Positions 19,061 to 27,105 of a stretch of DNA of 47,675 nt are shown here, piece by piece. Where the stretch lies: positions 1 to 47,675 of the forward strand of contig JACCTU010000047.1 in assembly GCA_013812235.1 (NCBI GenBank), in the 5' to 3' direction. A program made the translations under genes and the position numbers. Source of the DNA: Actinomycetota bacterium (GTDB taxonomy: Bacteria; Actinomycetota; Thermoleophilia; Gaiellales; Gaiellaceae). Position 1 is the first letter of the stretch, and each line of letters opens with the position of its first letter. The notes under the pieces are model-generated. The model did no database searches. It was not told the origin of the DNA and worked only from the letters and a program-made list of their open reading frames with translations.

Positions 19061-19822
19061 GTGTCGATCCCTCCACCTCTCGCGCTGACCTACCACGGCG
19101 TCGCAGACGTCCCGTTGCGGCGCGACCGGCACCACCTGTTCGTCCGGCCGCGGGATCTGAGACGCCAGATCGCGAAGCTCCGCAGCTGGGGCTACGAGCT
19201 CGTGACATTCGGCGAGCTGGCGCGTCGCGCGGCCCGAGGAGAGGCGGCCGGCTCCGCGGCGCTCACCTTCGACGACGGCTTCGTGGACAACCTCGAGACG
19301 CTGGTGCCTCTCCTCTACGAGGAGGGAGCGCCGGCAACGGTCTTCGTCGTCTCGGGTTGGCTCGGCGACGTGCACCCGGTCGCCAGCTGGACCCGGCTGA
19401 TGACGGACGACGAGGTGCGTGAGCTCGCCCGAGCGGGGATCGAGGTCGGCGCGCACACGCACACCCACCCGGACCTGACGAAGCTGAAGCGCGACGGCGC
19501 GTTGGCCGAGCTCGTCGAGTCCAAGGAACTGCTGGAGCGCGCGACCGAGCAGCCGATCGACGTCGCGGCGTATCCCTTCGGTGCGGCCAACGCCGCCACG
19601 CGCCTGCTCGCATGCGAAGCGGGCTTCCGGGCGGCGTGCCGGACGCTGGGGCAAGGCCGTTGGAAGGACCCCTACGACCTCCCCCGCCAGGCGATGGAGA
19701 ACCGCGCGAGCGATCTGGGGCTCTGGCTGAAGCGCGAGGGCCGCTACGAGACGCTGATGCGCTTCTATCCCGCGCGCGTCGTTCGCAAGCTGAGCCGTCG
19801 CGGAAAGGCGCTCCTCGGGTGA
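19061..19822 (+). CDS. Polysaccharide deacetylase (NodB homology, CE4)
   Basis: Motifs LTFDDGF, VGAHTHTHPDL and AAYPFG are present. The start is uncertain: GTG 19061 was chosen because the upstream part of track ORF 18845.. overlaps the divergent gene and is Ser/Arg junk. Confidence 0.8.
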   Translation: MSIPPPLALTYHGVADVPLRRDRHHLFVRPRDLRRQIAKLRSWGYELVTFGELARRAARGEAAGSAALTFDDGFVDNLETLVPLLYEEGAPATVFVVSGWLGDVHPVASWTRLMTDDEVRELARAGIEVGAHTHTHPDLTKLKRDGALAELVESKELLERATEQPIDVAAYPFGAANAATRLLACEAGFRAACRTLGQGRWKDPYDLPRQAMENRASDLGLWLKREGRYETLMRFYPARVVRKLSRRGKALLG

Positions 19823-20913
19823 CCGATGAGGTAGCGCTGGAGCACGCCGTGGACGAGCGGGCCTCGGACTGGGACGAGCTCGCCACGCGGACTGCCGCGC
19901 TGCCCTTCGTGCGGCCCGGGTGGATCCGGTCCTGGTGGGAAGCGTTCGGCCACGGTGACCTCGCCGTGCTCGTCGCCCGACGCGACGGTCGGGTCACGGG
20001 AGTGCTCCCGATCCAGCGAGTCGGCGGCCGCGTTCGACTTCCGGCGAACATGGAGTCCGGCGCATTCGAGCTCGTGGCCGAGGACGACCGCGCCCGTGGT
20101 GCGCTCGTGGTAGGTCTTTATCGCCTGCCCTCCTGGTCGACGGAGCTCCAGTTCCTCGATGTGAACGGCGGCGACTTGCCGGTCGCCCGTCGCGAGGCGG
20201 ACGCTGCGCGACGCCGCCGGACCGAGCGGTTCGTCGAGCGTTCCCCCTACGTCCCCGTCGTTGGCGGCTTCGATGTCTTCCTGGAAAACCGGAGCGCGAA
20301 GCTGGTCGCCGATGTGCGCCGCCGGCGTCGTCGACTCGCGGAAGAGGCCGGTAGCGTCGAGCTCGTCGTCTCGGACGGCAGCGAGCAGCTTCACGCGCTC
20401 CGCGAGGCCGGCTACGCCCTCGAAGCTTCCGGCTGGAAGGGCGAGGAACGCACCTCGATCGGAGCGCGACCTGCGGCGCGCCGGTTCTACGACGCCATGA
20501 CAGAGTGGGCTGCCGAGGAAGGGATTCTGCGGCTTGCGTTCCTGCGTGCCGGCGGCCGCGACGTCGCGTTCCAGCTCGGGATCGAGAGCGACAACGTCTA
20601 CTACTTCTGCAAGGGCGGCTACGACGTCGAGTACCACCGGTTCGCGCCCGGCAAGCTCCTCGTGCACGACATGTTGGAGCGCGCGTTCGAGCTGCGCCTG
20701 CGCTCATTCGAGTTCCTCGGCGACGCGGAGGCGTGGAAGCTCGACTGGACCGACGCCGTGCGCGAGCGCCGCGCACTCGAGACGTTCGACCGCTCGATCC
20801 GCGGTTCTGCGGCGTGGGCCGCCGAGCGGTACGGGCGACCCGTCGCGAAGCGCGCACGCCTCAAGACGGCGCTGCTTGCAGCGCGCCGCGGTCTCGCGCG
20901 CGTGCGGCGCTAA
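19819..20913 (+). CDS. CelD/BcsL-like GNAT-fold acyltransferase (second copy)
   Basis: Its GTG start overlaps the deacetylase stop (GTGA). The sequence includes WDELATRTAALPFVRPGWIRSWW...LVARRDGRVTGVLPIQ and ...YYFCKGGYDVEYHRFAPGKLLVHDMLERAFELRLRSFEFLGDAEAWKLDW. Confidence 0.75.
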   Translation: MTDEVALEHAVDERASDWDELATRTAALPFVRPGWIRSWWEAFGHGDLAVLVARRDGRVTGVLPIQRVGGRVRLPANMESGAFELVAEDDRARGALVVGLYRLPSWSTELQFLDVNGGDLPVARREADAARRRRTERFVERSPYVPVVGGFDVFLENRSAKLVADVRRRRRRLAEEAGSVELVVSDGSEQLHALREAGYALEASGWKGEERTSIGARPAARRFYDAMTEWAAEEGILRLAFLRAGGRDVAFQLGIESDNVYYFCKGGYDVEYHRFAPGKLLVHDMLERAFELRLRSFEFLGDAEAWKLDWTDAVRERRALETFDRSIRGSAAWAAERYGRPVAKRARLKTALLAARRGLARVRR

Positions 20914-21713
20914 CCCGAGCCTGGGCTCGGCGGGCGTAGGTTCTCGTGCTGGAACGCGTCGGAGTGGAGGCCTCGGCGGTAGATCTCCACACGCAAGAGC
21001 TCTTCCAGCCGCACGTTGCAGAGTCGGACGCGCGGGCCGAAGTGGTTCATAAACTGGAACTGGCTCGACTTGTTGGGCGCCTCGAAGGTGACGGTGTCGA
21101 GCCCGAAAGCGGAGGCGAAACGATCGGCGAACGCGGCGTCGAGACGTCCGTGCTCGTCGAACGTCCCGACGCCCGCCGCGCTCTCACGCGCCTCGACGAC
21201 GATTTCCCGCGCACCGACGTCGAGCCAGTGCTTTCCCTGTTCGATCAAGTCGTCGACTACGGAGTTCGTGAAGGCGCCGCCGTGCTTCTTCCCGAGCTCG
21301 AACTGGATCTCGAGCCCGCGCTCGTGTGCAAGGCGTGCGATGTCCGAGGGCTCGAGCGCCAGGTCTGTGAAGCCCTCGCCGCACTCCACTCGCGTCGCAC
21401 CGACGTCCGCGCAAAGGTCGAGGTACTCCTCGAGTCGTTCCTGTTGGACGGCGACCTCGAACGGCCCACCACCGGTCGTTGTTGCGACGCCGCACCGTTT
21501 CGCCGCGTCGAACTTCCGGCGCGTTGCGCCTTCGTCGGCGATCAGCCAGCACGCCATCGAGATCTTGAGGATCGACATCAAGTGTCCGCTTTGCTCGAGG
21601 TGGCTCTCCACCGTGACCGGGTCGTACCCGGGATCGAACGGGCTCGTGGCGGGCTCGAGGTCGCGGACCCCGAGACTCCGCAGAAAGTCGCCCGTGTGAT
21701 GCTCGCCGCTCAC
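20910..21713 (-). CDS. comA: (2R)-phospho-3-sulfolactate synthase (ComA family)
   Basis: 267 aa that lines up block by block with my recollection of archaeal ComA: LKISMACWLI, TTGGGPFEVA, GATRVECGEGF, FELGKK, GAREIVVEARESAAGVGTFDEHGRL, VTFEAPNKSSQFQFMNHFGPRVRLCNVRLEELLRVEIYRRGLHSDAF. The GTG start overlaps the upstream stop (GTGA). Confidence 0.85.
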   Translation of the reverse strand: MSGEHHTGDFLRSLGVRDLEPATSPFDPGYDPVTVESHLEQSGHLMSILKISMACWLIADEGATRRKFDAAKRCGVATTTGGGPFEVAVQQERLEEYLDLCADVGATRVECGEGFTDLALEPSDIARLAHERGLEIQFELGKKHGGAFTNSVVDDLIEQGKHWLDVGAREIVVEARESAAGVGTFDEHGRLDAAFADRFASAFGLDTVTFEAPNKSSQFQFMNHFGPRVRLCNVRLEELLRVEIYRRGLHSDAFQHENLRPPSPGSG

Positions 21714-22945
21714 GTCGGCTCCGAGAACAGCCCGAAGCGCCCTGGGCCCGCCGCGCCTCGTGCCTTCGTCAGCAGGAAGCGACCGGCCATGGCGGCGAAC
21801 GGTAGCGGGTCGTCGGCGGCGAACCAGGCCGCCTCATCGACTCCGCGAAACGCGCGTGCCCAGTCGCCGACCGTGAGCGCGCCGTCGCGGAAGTAACGCC
21901 GCGACGAGACGAGGTCGAGGTTCTCGACGAGCCAGCGCCTGCCCTCGCGAGGGCGGGACGACGGAACGGTCTGACCGGTGAGGTCGAGATACGCCGCACG
22001 TACGACGTCCAGCCCGTCGGAGCCGACGAACAGGCGAAACGACGCGCCCAGGCGCGGGTTGACGTCGAGGAGCTTGTACCGGCCGTCGCGGGCGTCGTAG
22101 CGCCAACCGATATCGAGCACCCCACGATACCCGACCTGGTGCATCAGCTGCACGGTCGATGCCTCGACCTCGTCGTTCCGGAGACAGATGCCGAGGCTCG
22201 TCATGCCCGTGTAGGGAGGGAACTGGCGCAGCTTTCGACCCGTGACCGCGAACAGGCAGCGCGACAAGGCGTCGAAGTAGCCGTTGAACATCCAGACCGA
22301 CTCCGCACCACCCGGGATGTACTCCTGGAGCATCAAGTTCGGATCCTCGGGATCGGCGAGGCGACCGTAAGCAGCCCGGAGCTCGTCCGCGGACTCGACG
22401 ATCACCATGCGGACACCCGTTCTCGCCTGCAGCTTCCACGAGTCGATGCCCTTCACGACGACGGGGAAGACCGCGTCCGAAAGAAACCGCTCGACGTCGC
22501 TATCCGATTCGGGGAAAGCCGTCTCCGGAGTCGGCACGTGGAGGCGCTTGCACAGGAGATACATCTGCTTCTTGTCGTACAGCGTGTTCGCGACGCCCTC
22601 CGGTTGTTCCGGGAACACGAACCATTCAGCCAGCAGTCGGGCGTTCTCCGACAGGAACACGCTCGACACGTCGTCGGTCGCTAGGAGAACTGCCTTGCGC
22701 CCGATCCGCGCCGCGAGCGCCTCGAGCATCGCGAGCGGATCGTCCTCCGGTCGCTCGTCGCGATTCCAGAAGATGCGCTTACGTGCGTATCGCGAGCGAG
22801 CGGCAGGTGCGCTGGGATCGTCGTGGAACGTCCAGGTCTCAACGCCGAGCCTGCCGAGTGAGCGCGCCATACCCAACGTCGCGTGGTCGAAGAGCTCGGG
22901 AACGAGCTTCAGGCCTACGAAGGGCGTGCTCGTGTCGACGGTCAC
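21710..22945 (-). CDS. ATP-grasp carboxylate-amine ligase (COG3919 / D-aspartate-ligase-like)
   Basis: 411 aa. The pattern is ...LYDKKQMYLLCKRLHVPTPETAF...FPVVVKGIDS...MLQEYIPGGAESVWMFNGYFD...GYRGVLDIGWRYDARDGRYKLLDVNPRLG. It lies between comB and comA. Confidence 0.8.
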   Translation of the reverse strand: MTVDTSTPFVGLKLVPELFDHATLGMARSLGRLGVETWTFHDDPSAPAARSRYARKRIFWNRDERPEDDPLAMLEALAARIGRKAVLLATDDVSSVFLSENARLLAEWFVFPEQPEGVANTLYDKKQMYLLCKRLHVPTPETAFPESDSDVERFLSDAVFPVVVKGIDSWKLQARTGVRMVIVESADELRAAYGRLADPEDPNLMLQEYIPGGAESVWMFNGYFDALSRCLFAVTGRKLRQFPPYTGMTSLGICLRNDEVEASTVQLMHQVGYRGVLDIGWRYDARDGRYKLLDVNPRLGASFRLFVGSDGLDVVRAAYLDLTGQTVPSSRPREGRRWLVENLDLVSSRRYFRDGALTVGDWARAFRGVDEAAWFAADDPLPFAAMAGRFLLTKARGAAGPGRFGLFSEPT

Positions 22946-22949
22946 CGAC

Positions 22950-23660
22950 TCAGCTCATCCCAGGGAGCTCGATCAGCTCGCTCCCCGATAGGGCGAACGC
23001 CGACGTGAGGTCGTCGACGTGCGCGAGGATGAAGTCGAGGTCACGGAGTTGGTCCGTGCGGCGCAGGTACTCGACGCTGTTGCTGTTGAGAAACGCCTCG
23101 ACCGGCTCGTTGCCCCACTGCGCGATCAAGCTCTCCGTCTGCTCGTTCTCTGGCTGGTGGCCGAGCTGCACGAGGCGCGAGGCGATCCACGCCGCACAGA
23201 GTTGATCCTCCTCCCGGAACTCTCCGCGGGCCCCGGCTCCGACGATCGCCACGCGCTCGTGCCGTGCCGCCGCGCGACTCTGCGCCTCAACGTTGCGCAA
23301 CGAGGCGGCATAGGCAGCCTCCGCGCCCCGGGACTCGTGCAGGACCTGAGTCCCCGAGGTCGAGAGCAGAACGACGGGCCGACGGTTGCCGGGCTGCGCC
23401 GCCAGCGCCGCCGGGCTGTTTTGGAGCTCGAAGCCGAACGGGACGCTGCCGCCGAGCTCTCCCATGAGCAGTGGATCCTCGAGCTCTGCCGCCGTCGCGA
23501 GAGCGTTTTCCAGGGTCGGCACGGGAAAGCACCGCCGGCCGAGCGCAACGGCCGTTTGCGCTGTCGTCGTCGCCCGGATCACATCCACCGCGACGATGGC
23601 ATGGTCCGAGACGTATCTCGCCACGCTCGCCGGGAAGCAGTCGATGACGACGGTCGCCAC
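22950..23660 (-). CDS. comB: 2-phosphosulfolactate phosphatase (ComB family)
   Basis: 236 aa with a GTG start. Family pattern: IVAVDVIRATTTAQTAVALG, LLMGELGGSVPFGFELQNSP, VVLLSTSGTQVL, VAIVGAGARGEFREEDQLCAAWI. Confidence 0.8.
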   Translation of the reverse strand: MATVVIDCFPASVARYVSDHAIVAVDVIRATTTAQTAVALGRRCFPVPTLENALATAAELEDPLLMGELGGSVPFGFELQNSPAALAAQPGNRRPVVLLSTSGTQVLHESRGAEAAYAASLRNVEAQSRAAARHERVAIVGAGARGEFREEDQLCAAWIASRLVQLGHQPENEQTESLIAQWGNEPVEAFLNSNSVEYLRRTDQLRDLDFILAHVDDLTSAFALSGSELIELPGMS

Positions 23661-23717
23661 CGCGAGACCGTAGCCGACACTCTTTCCACGGACCCCGAGG
23701 TCTATCCTGCGCGCGCG

Positions 23718-24593
23718 ATGCGGTTCTCAGTTGTCATTGCCACTCTGCGCCGCCCCGAGCTGCTCAGGGAGACGCTGGCGAGCGTGGTCGCGACGGTCCC
23801 TCCGCCGAGGGAGATCGTGGTCGTCGACGGTGACGAAGCAGGCTCGGCGAGAGAAGTCGTCGAGTCGATTTCCGCGCCCGCGGGCACGTTGGTCTCGTAC
23901 GTCGCCGGCGTGCCGAACGTGACTCATCAACGAAACGAGGGCACGCGTGTCGCGTCGGGCGACGTCGTCGTCTTCGTCGACGACGACGTCGAGCTTGACA
24001 CACGCTTCTTCGCTGCTCTGAGCGCCGCCTACGAGGATCCGAAGGTCGTCGGCGCGACAGGTCGGGTGATCGAGCCGCAGGCACATCGCGTGGGCGACCA
24101 TCGCTCCCGCGTCCGTCGATGGCTGCTCTCAGGCGGGAGGCTCGGGACATTCACGACGTTCGGCTACCCCAGGTACATCCTGGACACCACGCGTGCGCAA
24201 GACCTCGAGATGATGCCCGGCTGCCTGATGACCGCGCGCCGGGAACTGGCCCTCGCAGTCGGTTTCGACGAGAGCTTGGAGGGCTACGCCCTCGCAGAGG
24301 ACGAAGACTTCTCGTATCGGCTCTCCCGGCACGGGCGTATCCGCTTCGATCCTGCGGTCAGCCTCTGGCACAAGAAACTCGGCTTCGGGGAACGCGATCC
24401 ACGCGCATTCCACCGAAAGGTCGTGGTCAATCGCGCGTACCTTTTCCGAAAGAATTTCCCGCAGACGATCCGCGCGCGCACGAGGTTCGTCCTCCTGATC
24501 CTGCTGATGATCACGCACCGTGTCGCCAATCGAGACGCGCAAGGCGCCCGTGGGCTCCTCGAGGGCAGCGTCGAGGCGTGGCGGAGGAGGTAG
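23718..24593 (+). CDS. Family 2 glycosyltransferase
   Basis: Starts at the internal ATG (MRFSVVIATLRRPELLRETLASV...). It has a DxD region (VVFVDDDVEL) and a later EDEDFSYRL motif. Confidence 0.85.
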   Translation: MRFSVVIATLRRPELLRETLASVVATVPPPREIVVVDGDEAGSAREVVESISAPAGTLVSYVAGVPNVTHQRNEGTRVASGDVVVFVDDDVELDTRFFAALSAAYEDPKVVGATGRVIEPQAHRVGDHRSRVRRWLLSGGRLGTFTTFGYPRYILDTTRAQDLEMMPGCLMTARRELALAVGFDESLEGYALAEDEDFSYRLSRHGRIRFDPAVSLWHKKLGFGERDPRAFHRKVVVNRAYLFRKNFPQTIRARTRFVLLILLMITHRVANRDAQGARGLLEGSVEAWRRR

Positions 24594-25651
24594 ACCCTCT
24601 CGGGATCGCGTTCGTCTCCTCCCACGCGCGAAAGGGTGGATCCGAGCGATACCTCGAGTCGCTGATCCGTCGGCTCGGCTCGGATTGGACACGTGTTGTG
24701 GTGTGCCTGGAGCGGGGCCCACTGGCCGACCGTCTGCGGGAAAACGGGATCCCGGTCGAGGTCGTCCACTCCTCGGGCCGGCCACTTTCCGTTGCGGCCG
24801 CTGCGTGGCGATTACGCGCGGTGCTGCGGCGCACGCGACCGGCCCTCGTACACGCGAACGGCGTAAAGGCTGCGCTTGTCGCGGGCCTCGCAACGCTCGG
24901 GACGAGCACGCCGGTCGTCTGGGTGAAGCATGACTTCAGCTGGGATGGCCCCCTGTCGGCGCTCATCGCGGGGCGATGCCGGTTCGTCGTCGGAGTCAGC
25001 GAGGCTGTGACGAGGTCGCTCCCCCGACGCGGTCGCGTGCGCGTCGTGCCAACGGGGGTCGACGCCGTCCCGGCCTTCGCAGCAGCGGGCGAGACAGTCC
25101 AAGGGAACCGAATCGGTGTCTTCGGCTACCTGCACCCCGTCAAAGCGCAACTCGAGCTCGTCGAGGCGGCACCCCGCGTGCTCGAGCGAGTGCCAGATGC
25201 CCGGTTCCTCGTGGTCGGGGGCGACGACCCCAGCGTTCCGGGCTACCGCGAGATCGTCCTCGAACGCGTCCGTGCGCTGGGGCTTGAGCAAGCCATTTCC
25301 TTCCTCGGTCATCGCGAGGATGCGCGGGAGATCATGCGAACCTGCTCGGTGGTAACGGTCACAACGCTTTCCCGCGGTGAGGGGTTCGGCCTTGTTGCCG
25401 TCGAGGCGCTCCTGGCCGGTAAACCGGTGGTCGGGTACGCGCTCGGCGCGCTGCCCGAGGTGGTGGGCGAGTGCGGGAGGCTCGTCGAGCCGGGCAATCG
25501 AGTCGCGCTCGCGGACGCACTCGTAGAGCTGCTCGAGAACGACCGTCTCCGCGACGAGCTCTCCCGCTGCGGCGAGCGGCGAGCCCTGGAGCGGTTCTCG
25601 CCCGAGCGTTGGATCGCCGAGATGCGAACGATCTACCGAGAGGCAGTCTGA
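24578..25651 (+). CDS. Family 4 (GT-B) glycosyltransferase
   Basis: A GTG start overlaps the GT2 stop by 16 nt. The N-terminus reads GIAFVSSHARKGGSERYL, and the C-terminal EX7E region reads TLSRGEGFGLVAVEALLAGKPVVG. Confidence 0.8.
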   Translation: MAEEVDPLGIAFVSSHARKGGSERYLESLIRRLGSDWTRVVVCLERGPLADRLRENGIPVEVVHSSGRPLSVAAAAWRLRAVLRRTRPALVHANGVKAALVAGLATLGTSTPVVWVKHDFSWDGPLSALIAGRCRFVVGVSEAVTRSLPRRGRVRVVPTGVDAVPAFAAAGETVQGNRIGVFGYLHPVKAQLELVEAAPRVLERVPDARFLVVGGDDPSVPGYREIVLERVRALGLEQAISFLGHREDAREIMRTCSVVTVTTLSRGEGFGLVAVEALLAGKPVVGYALGALPEVVGECGRLVEPGNRVALADALVELLENDRLRDELSRCGERRALERFSPERWIAEMRTIYREAV

Positions 25652-27105
25652 TGCCCGAACGGATCGACCCGATTTGGCCTGTGATCGCCGCGCTCATGGC
25701 GGCGGCCGTGCTTGGCGCGATGAGCCTCGCCACAGGGTTCGGCCTGCTGAAGATTTCGACCACGGTCGGCAACTCAGCGACGGTGATGATCTTTCTGCTG
25801 GTCGTCGGGCCGCTGGTCGCACTCGCGACATTCCTGTCCCCCCGGATCGCTATCGCGGCAACATTCGCTGCCTTCTTCGCCGGCCCGGAGGAGACAAGAG
25901 CGGCGATCTTCTTCTTCGGGATCCTCGTGATTCTCGGGCGCATCGCGGTCGGGCGCACGCCGATCGCCTGGTCACCGCCGCTCTGGTGGGCCGCAGCTTT
26001 CGCGAGTTGGTCGTTCGTCCTCATCGGCTATGCCGTGGAGCCCAACCTCGCCACGAAAGAGGTCGTGCTTCTGTTCGCGGGTGTCGTCTTCGCGTGCATC
26101 GTGCTCGCTGCCTGCCGCACGATGGATGACGCTCGCTGGATCGCCGGCGTCTTCGTCCTCGTTGGCGCCGCAATAACGGCTCGCGCGTTCACCGACCTGA
26201 GCCAACTGAAGACGACGTTCCAGGGGGCGTCTGTCGAGGGTCGCCTGGCAGGGGACTTTGGTTCGCCGAACCAGCTCGGCTCGTTTTGCGCGATGGCGAC
26301 GTTTGTCGCCGCCGGGCTCGCGCTCGGCGGCAGAACCGTGATCACGCGGATCGGCGCCGCGCTCGCGATGGCGGTCCTCCTGCTCGGTTTGACCTTCTCT
26401 CTGTCCCGCGGTGCCTGGATCGGATCGATTGCCGGTTTTGTCTTCCTGCTCTTGTCCCTTCGGCAGGCGCGGCGAATCGCGCTCGCGATCGGACTGCCGA
26501 TGATCTTGATCGCGTGGGCGCTGGGCTCCTTCGCCGCCGAGAACACGCAGATCAAGGTCATTACGCAGCGGGTCGGTGCGCTCACGTTCACGAGCCCCTA
26601 CGACGCGCGTCCGGCGATCTGGGACGAGGCGTTGCGCGAGATCCGCACGCGTCCTTGGACGGGCTACGGCCCAGGCAGCTTCCCCGTCTCGAGCCTACGA
26701 GCGGGTGCCGAGACGAGGTCGACCTATGCGCTACACGCGCACAACATCTTTCTCAACGTCGGCGCCGAGTCGGGCCTCCCCGCGCTGGCGATGCTGCTCG
26801 GCTTGATCGGTGCGCTGGCGCTTGCAGGACGACGCGCATTACGTGGCGCACGCGAGCGAGGTGACTTCCGCGATGCAGCGTTCATTGCCGGGGTCCTCGC
26901 CGCCCTCGTGAGCGTGCTCGGTCAGGCGTTTGTCGACTACACGCTGCGCAACGTCGTCATCTACGTCGCGCTCTGGGGTCTGATCGGGATCCTACTCGTG
27001 GCGAGGCGGACAGCTTCGGGTCAGACGCGCCGCCATGACCGCCACCGGCGCGACCCGCTATTCGGCTCGGAGCAGGCGGTACGTCGGTCGAGGCCATCGG
27101 GCTGA
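25651..27105 (+). CDS. O-antigen ligase/polymerase-family (Wzy-like) membrane protein
   Basis: The ATG overlaps the upstream TGA (TGATG). The protein has about 12 TM helices and a Wzy_C-type loop (LSRGAWIGSIAGF...YALHAHNIFLNVGAESGLPALAMLL). Confidence 0.8.
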   Translation: MPERIDPIWPVIAALMAAAVLGAMSLATGFGLLKISTTVGNSATVMIFLLVVGPLVALATFLSPRIAIAATFAAFFAGPEETRAAIFFFGILVILGRIAVGRTPIAWSPPLWWAAAFASWSFVLIGYAVEPNLATKEVVLLFAGVVFACIVLAACRTMDDARWIAGVFVLVGAAITARAFTDLSQLKTTFQGASVEGRLAGDFGSPNQLGSFCAMATFVAAGLALGGRTVITRIGAALAMAVLLLGLTFSLSRGAWIGSIAGFVFLLLSLRQARRIALAIGLPMILIAWALGSFAAENTQIKVITQRVGALTFTSPYDARPAIWDEALREIRTRPWTGYGPGSFPVSSLRAGAETRSTYALHAHNIFLNVGAESGLPALAMLLGLIGALALAGRRALRGARERGDFRDAAFIAGVLAALVSVLGQAFVDYTLRNVVIYVALWGLIGILLVARRTASGQTRRHDRHRRDPLFGSEQAVRRSRPSG

